DNA of 64,000 bases from an uncultured Bacilli bacterium (lineage in GTDB: Bacteria; Bacillota_I; Bacilli_A; ML615J-28; CAG-313), in NCBI GenBank assembly GCA_934133195.1, contig CAKPAZ010000004.1, positions 3,564 through 67,563 of the forward strand, read 5' to 3'. The notes beneath the pieces were generated by a model. That model did not search any database. It saw only the letters and a program-made list of their open reading frames with translations, and had not been told where the DNA came from. Shown here in pieces: positions 8,851 through 19,189 of the stretch; the first letter of the stretch is position 1; every line of letters starts with the position of its first letter. Made by a program: the position numbers and the translations under genes.

Positions 8851-10080
8851 ATGATGAAAAATAAAGGAATTTGTCTAGTTGGTCAGTCAGGTGGCCCAAC
8901 AGCGGTAATTAATGCTAGTTTACTTGGATTAGTTCAAGAAGCGTTTAAATCAAATGAATATGATGGCGTTTTTGGAGCTATAAACGGGATTGAAGGAATC
9001 TTAAATGAAAACTTTTTAGATTTTTCTTTATATAAAAAAGAAGAACTAGAACTTTTAAAACATACACCATCATCAGCTTTAGGCTCAGTAAGATTTAAGA
9101 TGCCAAATGATCTAAATGATCAAGTATATGGAAAAATTAAAGAAATCTTTATTAAACATAATGTTAAAAGCTTTTTCTATATTGGTGGTAATGACTCCAT
9201 GGATACATGCAATAAACTTGCAAAATACTTCATTAAAGAAAACTTTCCATGTACCGTCATTGGCATTCCTAAAACGATTGACAATGATATGGTTTTAATC
9301 GATCATACGCCAGGGTTTGCGAGCGCCGCTCGTTTTATCGCAACTTCCCTTTCAGAAATCTACTTAGATACTTCATGTTATAGAGTTGGAAGAGTAACCT
9401 TTGTTGAAATCATGGGAAGAGACAGCGGTTGGTTGACAGCATCAGCTGCTCTTGCTTCACACATGGGGATGGGACCAGACTTAATCTATGTTCCTGAAGT
9501 CCCTTTTAACCTAGATAAATTCTTAAAAGATGTTAAAACCATCTATGACCAAAAGAAGAAAGTACTGGTTGCGGTATCAGAAGGAATCAAAGATGAAAAT
9601 GGTACTTACTTCCTTCAAAAAAGACTATACAACCAAAATGATGATTTTGGCCACTTACAACTAGGTGGAGTTGGAATGGTCCTTGCAGAAATCGTCAACA
9701 AAGAACTTAATCTTCCGGTAAGATCCGTTGAACTTAACATTTTACAACGCTCTGCTGCTCACCTCTTATCAAAAGTTGACATCGAAGAAGCTATGAAATG
9801 TGGCAGAGAAGGCATCAAAATGGCCATTCAAGGTAAAACCGGAGTTATGGTATGTATGGAAAGAACCTCCAACAATCCATATACCATTAAATACTACCCA
9901 GTGAACCTTAATGATGTAGCTAACTACATAAAAGAAGTACCTCTTAAATATATCAATGAAGACCATAACTACATCACTAAAGAATACTTAGATTACTTAC
10001 TACCTCTAATTGAAGGTGATGTCTTAATGCCAATGAAACATGGACTTCCTATATACTTTAAAATTAAACCCAATAAATAA
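8851..10080 (+). CDS. 6-phosphofructokinase (PfkA family, possibly the PPi-dependent subgroup)
   Basis: GICLVGQSGGPTAVINASL N-terminus, the IGGNDSMDT variant of the GGDGS motif, and PKTIDND. Confidence 0.8.
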   Translation: MMKNKGICLVGQSGGPTAVINASLLGLVQEAFKSNEYDGVFGAINGIEGILNENFLDFSLYKKEELELLKHTPSSALGSVRFKMPNDLNDQVYGKIKEIFIKHNVKSFFYIGGNDSMDTCNKLAKYFIKENFPCTVIGIPKTIDNDMVLIDHTPGFASAARFIATSLSEIYLDTSCYRVGRVTFVEIMGRDSGWLTASAALASHMGMGPDLIYVPEVPFNLDKFLKDVKTIYDQKKKVLVAVSEGIKDENGTYFLQKRLYNQNDDFGHLQLGGVGMVLAEIVNKELNLPVRSVELNILQRSAAHLLSKVDIEEAMKCGREGIKMAIQGKTGVMVCMERTSNNPYTIKYYPVNLNDVANYIKEVPLKYINEDHNYITKEYLDYLLPLIEGDVLMPMKHGLPIYFKIKPNK

Positions 10081-10125
10081 TAACAATATTTTAATCCAAT
10101 CAAAAACTCAAACTATGCAAACTTC

Positions 10126-10154
10126 TTGCAAAAACATGAAGTTTAGTATATAAT
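10126..10154 (+). promoter_or_regulatory. Sigma-A promoter of tRNA-Lys
   Basis: TTGCAA, 17 nt, TATAAT, ending about 15 nt before the tRNA. Confidence 0.45.
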
Positions 10155-10169
10155 ATATGAGTCTTTGAT

Positions 10170-10245
10170 GCACCCTTAGCTCAGTTGGTAGAGCAACTGA
10201 CTCTTAATCAGTGGGTCCAGGGTTCGAGTCCCTGAGGGTGTACCA
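10170..10245 (+). tRNA. tRNA-Lys (anticodon CTT)
   Basis: GCACCCTTAGCTCAGTTGGTAGAGCAACTGACTCTTAATCAGTGGGTCCAGGGTTCGAGTCCCTGAGGGTGTACCA. Canonical D and T arms, anticodon loop CTCTTAA, and encoded CCA. Confidence 0.9.
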
Positions 10246-10258
10246 TTTTTGAGATAAT

Positions 10259-10291
10259 AGGTCTGATACAAATTGTGTCAGACCTTTTTTC
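10259..10291 (+). terminator. Rho-independent terminator after tRNA-Lys
   Basis: aggtctgacac-aatt-gtgtcagacct followed by TTTTTTC. Confidence 0.7.
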
Positions 10292-10660
10292 TTTGCAGAT
10301 AGGAATTTTTATCCTTTCCGCCAGCAAGTTCCATAGTCTTGTATAAGTGTCAAACACATTTTGCAAGATTTTTTTCTATATATTACTATGTAACAAATTA
10401 TATTTTAATAAAATCTCACTTTAGTTTCGGCATTGTTCCGCAATTTATTTGTAATTTTCTAAAAAAAATGCTATAATCTTTAAAATACTTTAACAATTTG
10501 TGGTTGTGTCTACTAAATTATTATGTTTATAGATTAATTGATTCAAGAAATGTTCAAAGGCAACTTAGAAATCTTTAGAAGAAAAAATAAAAAACCTAGA
10601 CAAGGCTCAAAGAGAGAAATTAGCTAGGATGATTGATAAACTATAAAAGGCGGTGATACT

Positions 10661-11464
10661 ATGTCTGTAAATTCACATATTATTAATTCAAAATTTATAA
10701 TGAAACAATTCAAAATTAGTTCTATAGATGGTCAGGTTCATACCTTAGATATGACAAATCTTAAACTTTCTAGAAAAGGACCTGGTGAATTAGGAACGGA
10801 AGAAGGATATTATGATGACGAAACAGAAAAATACTTATCTGATTTATATGAAGGTCCTTTATCGAAGCTTTTAGAGAGCCTTATTGACAATCCAGACTAT
10901 GATCTTAGTCAGGATGATTGCAATTTAATCGGGGATTTTCTTGTTGCTTTGTATGCTAGAGATCCTGATATATTACCGAAAACATATGAAAAAACAGTTA
11001 TTGCTAAAGGACTAAATATTTCAATTAATGCATCCGAGTTAGTTAGAATTTGTAAAAGAACAAATTTAAGGAAAGAATTTTTCGATGACCATTTTCCAAT
11101 GATTCTTATCAATAATTCTTCAGTAGATTTTATTTCATCTGTTTATGGATGTTCTGTTACTATAAACAAAAATTCAGGTCAATTATGTTGGTATTTCCCT
11201 TTAACTCCAAGATTAGCTATACATTTTATTGATAATTCAGACTGGGAGAAGAATTTTAACAAAGTAACTCATGGTGAGATTAATGAAGACCAAGTAAAAT
11301 GTGTAGAGCACTTTAACGATCAAATGGCAGATTATGTTGATTTAAAAGTAAATGATGCAATAGATGATTCTCATGATATTTACTATTTGTTTTCAAATAA
11401 AGAAGATGAACTTAAAAGAATTAAAAATCGAATAAAAGCTGAAAGAAAAACTAAGGGTACATAA
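10661..11464 (+). CDS. Hypothetical protein, first gene of the accessory island
   Basis: ORF with an RBS (aaggcggtga) and an acidic middle region. No catalytic motif recognised. Confidence 0.5.
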   Translation: MSVNSHIINSKFIMKQFKISSIDGQVHTLDMTNLKLSRKGPGELGTEEGYYDDETEKYLSDLYEGPLSKLLESLIDNPDYDLSQDDCNLIGDFLVALYARDPDILPKTYEKTVIAKGLNISINASELVRICKRTNLRKEFFDDHFPMILINNSSVDFISSVYGCSVTINKNSGQLCWYFPLTPRLAIHFIDNSDWEKNFNKVTHGEINEDQVKCVEHFNDQMADYVDLKVNDAIDDSHDIYYLFSNKEDELKRIKNRIKAERKTKGT

Positions 11465-11678
11465 TTCTATCAAAATAGGTAATCTCATACATTTTAATTA
11501 TAACACACTATATGTTTATAGAACGTCTTTTTTTATACTGATATCAATTATGAGTAGTTGATCTAATAATCTACTTTTTTTGTTAGAATGCAATTAAAAA
11601 TGGTTGCAAATTAAAAATGCAACTTATTTTGGTTGCATTTTATTATTTGATATGATATAATAACCATGAGGTGATATT

Positions 11679-12506
11679 ATGAATACTAATTATGCCGCAA
11701 TAATTATGGATGTAATACAATCTAGAAAATACGATGAACAAGAAAGATTTAATATCCAAGAAAAATTATATAAAATAATTAAATTTATTAATAATTGTTA
11801 TAAAAATGAAATAGTTAAAGATTATGATTTTTCAGCAGGTGATTCTATCCAAGCCTTATTTAATAATGTAAGTGATGCTTTTAGTAGTTATTGTTTAATC
11901 AAAACTTTATTTTATCCATATAAAATTAGATGTGGTATCGGTTATGGACCCCTTAATCAAAAAATATTAGATGTAAATTATAACAACACTAACATGTTAG
12001 ATGGAGAAGCATATCACTATGCAATATCAGCTTTAAATGATTGTAAAGAAAAGAAATATAATTTTTTATTATATTCAAATAAAAATGAAAGTGATAATTT
12101 AGTTAATCAAATAATGAGTACAGTTGAAATCTTTACTTCAGAACATTCAACTAAACAAGCAGATGTTTTTGAACTATTTAACTTATTATATCCTTTAGAA
12201 AATAAAAATTCATTTAAAATAATTGATGAAAATATAGATTTTATCATTACAATGATAAAACAAAATATTCAATCTTATGAATTAGATGATTTAACACTGG
12301 TTAAACACGTATTATTAGATGATTTTAAGAATGATGCCAATACATCTAATTTTCCCACAAGAATAAATTCAATCTGTGCCCAGTTATTAAATGTAAGTAG
12401 ACAAAACATTGAAAAGATAAGAACTGTAGGCTTTTTTGATAAAATTAGAATACTAGAAAAATTAGTATTGGATTATATGAGAAATGAATATAAGGAGAGA
12501 GAATAG
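11679..12506 (+). CDS. SatD-like protein (tentative)
   Basis: N-terminal AAIIMDVIQSRKYDEQER resembles the IIGDIxxSR start of the SatD family. It is immediately followed by a DUF3307-like membrane protein, which is the usual SatD partner. Confidence 0.35.
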   Translation: MNTNYAAIIMDVIQSRKYDEQERFNIQEKLYKIIKFINNCYKNEIVKDYDFSAGDSIQALFNNVSDAFSSYCLIKTLFYPYKIRCGIGYGPLNQKILDVNYNNTNMLDGEAYHYAISALNDCKEKKYNFLLYSNKNESDNLVNQIMSTVEIFTSEHSTKQADVFELFNLLYPLENKNSFKIIDENIDFIITMIKQNIQSYELDDLTLVKHVLLDDFKNDANTSNFPTRINSICAQLLNVSRQNIEKIRTVGFFDKIRILEKLVLDYMRNEYKERE

Positions 12507-13235
12507 ATGACAGTATTTAAATTATTATTGATTGCTCACTTGTTTGGTGATTATTATTTCCAACCAACTTGCTTAGTTGAGAAAAAGAAGAATAGTATAA
12601 AAGAATTAATTATTCATGTTTTGATTTATACTTTATTTATTTTTCTAGTATTATTACTATTTGGTAATGTATGGGAGATTATAATTTGGTCAGTTATTGT
12701 GTTTGCAACACACTTTTTGATTGATTACATTAGAGTTAAATTAACAAAGAAATATAATGAATGTGTTTCATTTTGGAGTTTTATTGTTGATCAAATACTA
12801 CATATAGCTATAATCTTTATAATTTCATTAATTATTAAAGATGATTTGAATTCTATTGGAAGTGCTATTCACAATATTTCGTTTTTTAAAGATATTAATT
12901 TTAATAAAGTTATTACTTACTCTTTAGCATTTCTAATCATCTTAGCACCTGCGTCAGTATTTATCAAACATCTTTTTAATTATGTTTTCAATAAAAAAGG
13001 AATATGTGAAAATGTTGATTCCGATAATGTGGGATCACTAATTGGTTGGCTTGAAAGAGTAGTAATCTTACTACTTGGTATTCTTGGCATGTATGGCTCA
13101 ATTGCTTTAGTTTTAACTGCGAAGTCTCTCGCAAGATTTAAACAGTTGGAAAATAAAGAGTTTGCTGAGAAATATTTAGTGGGTACCTTAATAAGTTTAG
13201 TAATTGCCTTATTAACACTACTAATCATCAAATAA
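12507..13235 (+). CDS. DUF3307-like polytopic membrane protein (SatE-like partner)
   Basis: N-terminal HLFGDYYFQ (the HxxGDxxxQ signature). Multiple TM helices. Its start abuts the stop of the upstream gene. Confidence 0.4.
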   Translation: MTVFKLLLIAHLFGDYYFQPTCLVEKKKNSIKELIIHVLIYTLFIFLVLLLFGNVWEIIIWSVIVFATHFLIDYIRVKLTKKYNECVSFWSFIVDQILHIAIIFIISLIIKDDLNSIGSAIHNISFFKDINFNKVITYSLAFLIILAPASVFIKHLFNYVFNKKGICENVDSDNVGSLIGWLERVVILLLGILGMYGSIALVLTAKSLARFKQLENKEFAEKYLVGTLISLVIALLTLLIIK

Positions 13236-13746
13236 GATCTTAACATATAGATGGGAGATGAATAAATGATATAAAAGTTATATATGAAACTATAATTAAT
13301 AATTTTATTCGCGTAAGATAAAATGTTCAAATTCAATAAATCTATATATTTTCATATAAAATAATAATATTAAATGCCTGTGTTTTACCAATGATTATAA
13401 TTTTGGATATTTCCACATAATTAATTTAAATTTATAAGAAATGAAAAATACGATGAATATTTTGTTTTAATTTTATTACCAAGACAGATATGTCATTACA
13501 ACTGTTGTATTAACTTGTAGTAAAAAAGTAATTTTAAAATTGTTAAAAAATAATTATTAAACAGCTTTTTAAATAAGTAATATTATAAGTAAGTTTACAA
13601 GAAATATTTAATAATTAATAGAACATTAAGAAAAAAAGATTTGATTGAAATAATAGGATCTAATAAAATTGGTTATTGAAAAGTTAAAGACGTTAAAAAT
13701 AAACTAACACAATTAATAAAATAAGAAAAATAAGTAGGAGAAACAT

Positions 13747-15060
13747 ATGAAAAGAAATATATTAGAATTATACTACAATTATGAAGCAATAAATGAAAGC
13801 ATAAATTTCATTGCTCCATTAATTATAGAACGTAAAAATAAATTAAAAAGAAAACTAGATGATACCAAACAATTTTATGATATTGTTAAAAAAATTAGTG
13901 ATGTTATCAGGGAATTTAAGCCGACTGATGAACTTAATGAAAATGAAATTAAGGAAATTAATATAAAAATAACAAATAAATTATTAGATTTAGGATTAGC
14001 TACTATTAATGAAAATAATGAATTTACATTTAATATAAAGGAAGATATTGAACCGGTTAAAAATATAGATGAAGTAATAGATTCTTTAAGAGCAAGTAAT
14101 AGAAATAAAAGATTCTTATTTAATAATGCTGTTGTAAACTGTGTTACATCTTATGAACAATTTGTTGGATTTCTATTTAAAAGTTTTTATTTTCAAAATT
14201 CAAATTGTGTGTGTAAAAAAGCTTTAACATTTGAAGAATTGAAAGAAATTGGTTCAGTAGAAGAGGCAAAAAATTATTTAATTAATAGAGAAATTAAAGA
14301 TTTAATGTATGGTAGCATTGATGACTGGCAAAAACATTTCAAAAATAATATTAAAATTAAAATAAATCATTATGAAAACAACATAAAAGAAATTAATGAG
14401 ATATTTTTACGAAGAAATTTAATAGTGCATAATAGTTCAATCGTTAATTCCATTTATTTAAAGGAAATTGGAAATAGCGATTATAAAATAGATGACCCAA
14501 TAGAAAGTTCAACTGAATATATTAATAATGTTCAAAAGTTGTTGTTTGTAAACGCATTTTATTTAGGAATATTTTGTATTGATAAAATGGGTTACTCCAA
14601 GGATGAGAAACTAGAAATTGCAAATACTTTTTCTTTTATAGCATTTAATATGATGAAAAATGGAAAGTGGGAGCAAGCAAAAATAATATATTCAATAATC
14701 AAAGAATTTGAATTATTTTCTAAAGAAGTGAAAGAAATGCACAATATTAATTATTTATTATGCCGCGTTAATTTAAATGAAGATAATATTTATGAAGAAA
14801 TAGAAAAAATTGATTTTAGTGACAAATCAAATTTCTTAAAAATGGGATATTTTGCTCTAATGTTGAAAAAGGATGAATTAATTGAAACAATTAAATTAAT
14901 GGGAACTGAGGTCCGTACAGACATGATAAATGAGTGGCCAGTTTTTTTTAGAGTAAGAGAAGATAAGAAATATTATAATAAAGTTATAAAAGTAATTAAT
15001 CAAAAGCATGATGAAAATAAAGACTTGATAAAAATTAATTTAGGTGGTAATAAAAGCTAA
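13747..15060 (+). CDS. Hypothetical protein with a HEPN-like RNxxxH motif (Abi-like)
   Basis: 437 aa. Contains FLRRNLIVHNSS (Rx4-6H, as in AbiD/F, AbiU2 and LsoA-type HEPN RNases). RBS aggaga. Confidence 0.35.
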   Translation: MKRNILELYYNYEAINESINFIAPLIIERKNKLKRKLDDTKQFYDIVKKISDVIREFKPTDELNENEIKEINIKITNKLLDLGLATINENNEFTFNIKEDIEPVKNIDEVIDSLRASNRNKRFLFNNAVVNCVTSYEQFVGFLFKSFYFQNSNCVCKKALTFEELKEIGSVEEAKNYLINREIKDLMYGSIDDWQKHFKNNIKIKINHYENNIKEINEIFLRRNLIVHNSSIVNSIYLKEIGNSDYKIDDPIESSTEYINNVQKLLFVNAFYLGIFCIDKMGYSKDEKLEIANTFSFIAFNMMKNGKWEQAKIIYSIIKEFELFSKEVKEMHNINYLLCRVNLNEDNIYEEIEKIDFSDKSNFLKMGYFALMLKKDELIETIKLMGTEVRTDMINEWPVFFRVREDKKYYNKVIKVINQKHDENKDLIKINLGGNKS

Positions 15061-15123
15061 AAATTAGTAAAAAAGTATCTAATATATATAGCTTTGAAAA
15101 ATTAAAAACTTGGGAGAAAAAAT

Positions 15124-15684
15124 ATGATTGAAATAGAAGAATTTGAATACCTATCAAAAAAATATACACCTTATATTAATAGTTTGATTGAGAAAAATAA
15201 AAAGTTTTATAAATTGAACTCACCTATAAAATGGCAATTCGGTTTTAATGAAAAATTAGCTTTTTTTGCATGGTCAGATAAAAATACTAATTTGATTACA
15301 CTAAACATTGCATCTGTTGATTATTCAATTCAAAATAATCAAAATTTATTAGTTGAGTTGTTTTTATTACACGAAATGAGACATGTATATCAATATCAGG
15401 AAGCTGAATTATATATTAGTAATCCTTTGATATGTGAAAACATAGAAATGGCTAAAAAATGGTATTACGAATTTCAAGAATATGTTCCCGCTTCAGATAA
15501 TAATAAAAATTTTAACTATTATTTACAGGAATCGGAAAAAGATGCATTTGTTTATTCCTATGCAATAATTATGTATAAGTATGGAAAAGTAGAATACTTA
15601 AATATTCCAAAAGCATATGAAGGACCTAAAATTAAAAAAGAAATTAATAATTTAATGGTCATGTTCAAAAATAAAAAACTATAG
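15124..15684 (+). CDS. Small zincin-like metallopeptidase (HExxH)
   Basis: LLHEMRHVYQ HExxH motif, with a downstream Glu (YLQESEKDAF) as a possible third ligand. 186 aa. RBS ggagaaaa. Confidence 0.45.
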   Translation: MIEIEEFEYLSKKYTPYINSLIEKNKKFYKLNSPIKWQFGFNEKLAFFAWSDKNTNLITLNIASVDYSIQNNQNLLVELFLLHEMRHVYQYQEAELYISNPLICENIEMAKKWYYEFQEYVPASDNNKNFNYYLQESEKDAFVYSYAIIMYKYGKVEYLNIPKAYEGPKIKKEINNLMVMFKNKKL

Positions 15685-15827
15685 TGTTAATAGTTAAGAA
15701 TATGACATTACTTATAATGTTGTACAAACAATTTACTGTAATAATAAAATTTAATAAATATATTTAGTTTAATAATGAAATTTAACAATCATAAATCTAT
15801 TATTAAATTACAATATTTTAAGAAAGG

Positions 15828-17165
15828 ATGAGAAATTTGGAACATAATAATAACAATATTTATTTTATAGATAAATTATTAGAGGATAATTTTTACTCAA
15901 AAATAGTTGATAATTATATTCCTTGTATTATTGAAAAAGGAAATCTTCAGGATAATAATAGTGATTTATATATAAAAACTATTTTAGCATCTCAAACGAA
16001 GGATATAGAAAAAACATGGATGATTAACAATTTAGTACACTCTGCATCAAACGATGTATTTAATTGTATAGTTAGTTATAATTATAAATTCAATACGCTA
16101 TATGGAATTAATCCATTTCTTATGGATGATTATAGTACTGTGTTTGTAGAACAGAAAAATTTATATGTTTTGGATATGGTATATAATGATTCTGGAACAA
16201 TAAATAAACCTGCTATATTGAAAAATGAAAATAATAATATTTACATTTATTATGACGTTTTAAAAGAAAAACTTCAAAAAAATGCATTTTCTAATAACTA
16301 TAAAATGTATGCAGAAATAGAATATAGAGAATATGTAGATCAATTTTATATGAATAAACAAATCGAAAAGATTAATAATGGATATATTGACGTACAATGT
16401 TTTAAAGAAGATGATGGTAAGAACATCTTATGGATACGAGCAACCATTGAAATTGATGTTGATCGTTTACTAGATAAAATATGCACAAAAAGAAAATTCG
16501 AAAATTTAAATATTAAAGTTGTAGAGTTAGAAAGCGGTAAAATTAGAGATCTAAATACTAATAATTATGATGATGATATTAGTGCTGGACTCATTGTATT
16601 TAAGAAAGAGGCATATCAAGTATTATCAAAATATTATTATTTTTATGATATGATGTTAGTATCGAAAAACAATGAATTAGATTTATGTTTAATTGATAAT
16701 CTAGAAGATTGTTTTGTGTTTTGGGAAGGAGAATTCAATAGCAAGATACCTATTGAAATAAAAAGAGAATTAGCAAAATACAACGATAAAAATAGAAAGG
16801 TAGGAATAATTAGTAAAGGAATGTATGAATGGCAATTGAATGCTAATTGGAACTATATAGATGATGCATTACCTAATGAAAAATTAGCTAGTTACATTAG
16901 AAATAACTATTTAGCACAAGCTTTGGAAATTGGGTTAGATTTTTACCCTCCGAAAAGTAATGAAGAATATGGTGATTTTGTTAATTTAATATTTAAAATA
17001 CTTAAAATTTCATATAAAGATTTAAAAATTTCAAATGAAAAAATAGAATTATTAGAAAAAATAAGAAATAAGTCTGAAGTTTTTGCAAATCAAGATTTAT
17101 TATATAAAAACTACCAAGGTTTTTGTAATCTAATTAATAGGGTTGTTGAAAATGCAAATAACTAG
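15828..17165 (+). CDS. Hypothetical 445-aa protein, translationally coupled to the downstream OLD-like nuclease
   Basis: RBS aaaggatgag. Its 3' end overlaps the next ORF by 23 nt. No known motif. Confidence 0.5.
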   Translation: MRNLEHNNNNIYFIDKLLEDNFYSKIVDNYIPCIIEKGNLQDNNSDLYIKTILASQTKDIEKTWMINNLVHSASNDVFNCIVSYNYKFNTLYGINPFLMDDYSTVFVEQKNLYVLDMVYNDSGTINKPAILKNENNNIYIYYDVLKEKLQKNAFSNNYKMYAEIEYREYVDQFYMNKQIEKINNGYIDVQCFKEDDGKNILWIRATIEIDVDRLLDKICTKRKFENLNIKVVELESGKIRDLNTNNYDDDISAGLIVFKKEAYQVLSKYYYFYDMMLVSKNNELDLCLIDNLEDCFVFWEGEFNSKIPIEIKRELAKYNDKNRKVGIISKGMYEWQLNANWNYIDDALPNEKLASYIRNNYLAQALEIGLDFYPPKSNEEYGDFVNLIFKILKISYKDLKISNEKIELLEKIRNKSEVFANQDLLYKNYQGFCNLINRVVENANN

Positions 17166-18426
17166 AGATGAATTCTTGAATAGTATTAAAACATCTAACT
17201 CTTCGTTATTTTGTATAGTTGGCCCTAATTATTCTGGAAAAACATATTTATTAAAAAATTTTTTTGAAAACTATATCACAATTGGTGGATTACTTATAGA
17301 TGAAACAGGTAAAGTAAGAAGAAAAGTTGCTACTGACGAAATTTTTATTTCAAGTGACAATAATTATTATATTTATCAGGATAAAAAGCAAAGAGGTAAA
17401 GATCATACTGCTAATGGCTCAAAAGTTGCACTTGATGAAGCATCAAAGGAAATAATAAAGGTTGTAAAAAAATACAAAGATAGAATTATCAATTTTTTAC
17501 AAAATGGAAAGCCTGAATCTCTTGGGATATCAAAAATAATGAATATAATAAATATTTTATTATCAACTAACTTAAACAATATATCCTATGTTATTATTGA
17601 TGAACCTGAAAATTCATTAGATGATAATAATCTTAAAATAGTGATAGAATTTATAAACACATTAATTTTATTCAAAAAGAAAGTAGTAATTGTTACTCAT
17701 AGTCCAAGATTACTTGAGCTAATGAAAGTAGAAGTTGATAATATATATAAAGTTAATGATCTAATGGGAAAAATACAAAATTTAAAGTTTACAGATGTTG
17801 AAAAGATCTATATTGATTGTGGTAGTGAATTAAAAGAAGTACCTGGCTATAAAAGCCTTTATATTTCTGATATAATTCAATTCAACGCTGGCGAAATTTT
17901 TCGTAATTTATATATTAATTACGTTCTAAAATCACAAGATTTTTATAGGGTATTATTCTACAATGATGTAGTATTAATGGAAGGCAAAACTGAAGAATTT
18001 ATTATTAGAGAGACAAAATATTCAAAAAAATACTCAAAAAATGTGTATTATATGGAGGGAAAATATAAAGCTTATTTTTTAATTGAGTTGTTTAGTAATT
18101 ATTGTAATCAAGTTAATTGTTTTATGGATAGGGATAAAAAAAGCAAACTAGATGATAATAATAATTTTTCTTATCAAATGAATGATACTTTTAAAAGAAA
18201 ATACAATAATAATTTAAAAGTCAAAATTTTTTACTTCAATAATAATATTGAAGATGAACTTGGTGTTGACATAAATGAGGTAATGATAGATTTTGTGGGT
18301 GAAGAAAATAAAAATAATAAACGATGCAAAAAAAATTTAAAACCATTTATTTCATTGAGGTACTTACAAAAACATCCAGAATGCATCGAAAATCTTGATT
18401 CACTAACAAATGAATTTAATTTTTAA
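17143..18426 (+). CDS. Compact OLD-family protein: ABC-type ATPase fused to a TOPRIM nuclease
   Basis: Walker A GPNYSGKT, signature-like SLGISKIM, Walker B YVIIDEPENSLDD and H-loop VTHSP. C-terminal TOPRIM VVLMEGKTEE ... FMDRDKK (E plus DxD). Confidence 0.6.
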   Translation: MLKMQITRDEFLNSIKTSNSSLFCIVGPNYSGKTYLLKNFFENYITIGGLLIDETGKVRRKVATDEIFISSDNNYYIYQDKKQRGKDHTANGSKVALDEASKEIIKVVKKYKDRIINFLQNGKPESLGISKIMNIINILLSTNLNNISYVIIDEPENSLDDNNLKIVIEFINTLILFKKKVVIVTHSPRLLELMKVEVDNIYKVNDLMGKIQNLKFTDVEKIYIDCGSELKEVPGYKSLYISDIIQFNAGEIFRNLYINYVLKSQDFYRVLFYNDVVLMEGKTEEFIIRETKYSKKYSKNVYYMEGKYKAYFLIELFSNYCNQVNCFMDRDKKSKLDDNNNFSYQMNDTFKRKYNNNLKVKIFYFNNNIEDELGVDINEVMIDFVGEENKNNKRCKKNLKPFISLRYLQKHPECIENLDSLTNEFNF

Positions 18427-18571
18427 ATTAATTTGTAATTTTAAATGCAACAAAATTAAGGTTAATTAGTTAAATAATCTTCATAATGATTCTTAAACTC
18501 TAAAGCCTAAATGATTTTAAAGATTGTGGTTCTATGAAATATTTTGACCCCCAACAAATTTATATAATCAT

Positions 18572-18884
18572 TAATAATATAAAATATTTTGCTCTCTATT
18601 TTTCTTATTAGAATTTATAATTTTAAATCTAAAAAAATCAAAATCGGAATATCCAAATCCGATTTTTTTTATTGTTTTACAAAAATTATTCTTACCTTCG
18701 ATAGAACCGTTAGATAATCTTTTATGTGTTACTGGATCCATGATAAAAGAGTTTGTAATTTCATTAATCCATGATTTATAAGTTAATGTAGTCTTTTTAA
18801 ATTCAATTTTAATTAAAACAAGATTTTTGCCTTGAATATTTAGTAAAATTATATAAAGAATTAGATAATTAATATAGAGTTACG
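18572..18884 (-). pseudogene. C-terminal remnant of an ISL3-family transposase
   Basis: The minus-strand translation ...PVTHKRLSNGSIEGKNNFCKTIKKIGFGYSDFDFFRFKIIN matches the conserved ISL3 C-terminus (NGxIEGxNNKIKxxKRxxYGYRNFxxFRxRIL). There is no start codon or N-terminal part. Confidence 0.5.
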
Positions 18885-19189
18885 CGTTATTACTTACCAT
18901 AACTCTTTTTTTACCATAAAAGCACAAAAGCATAAAATATTTTATAGAACCATTAAACCTCATAAGTAAATAAGGTGATTCATTAAGGCTTTTTTAATAC
19001 ATCCGATAACTCATTTTATAGTGTAATTTTCCAAATATTGTAAAATTTGAAATATTAATTATTATGGCATAAGATAATTTGTTAAAAATAGCAAAATCTT
19101 GCAATAATTTATGTATTATGATAAAATTTTATATGAACATATCAAAAAATATATTCACTTTAAAAAATTTTATTATAGGAGCGAGAAAA

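Noticed and set aside
10540-10630. Short frame ...EEKIKNLDKAQREKLARMIDKL* between tRNA-Lys and the island as a possible integrase or excisionase remnant
   Set aside because: It has no start and no recognisable recombinase or HTH motif, and it is too short to assign.
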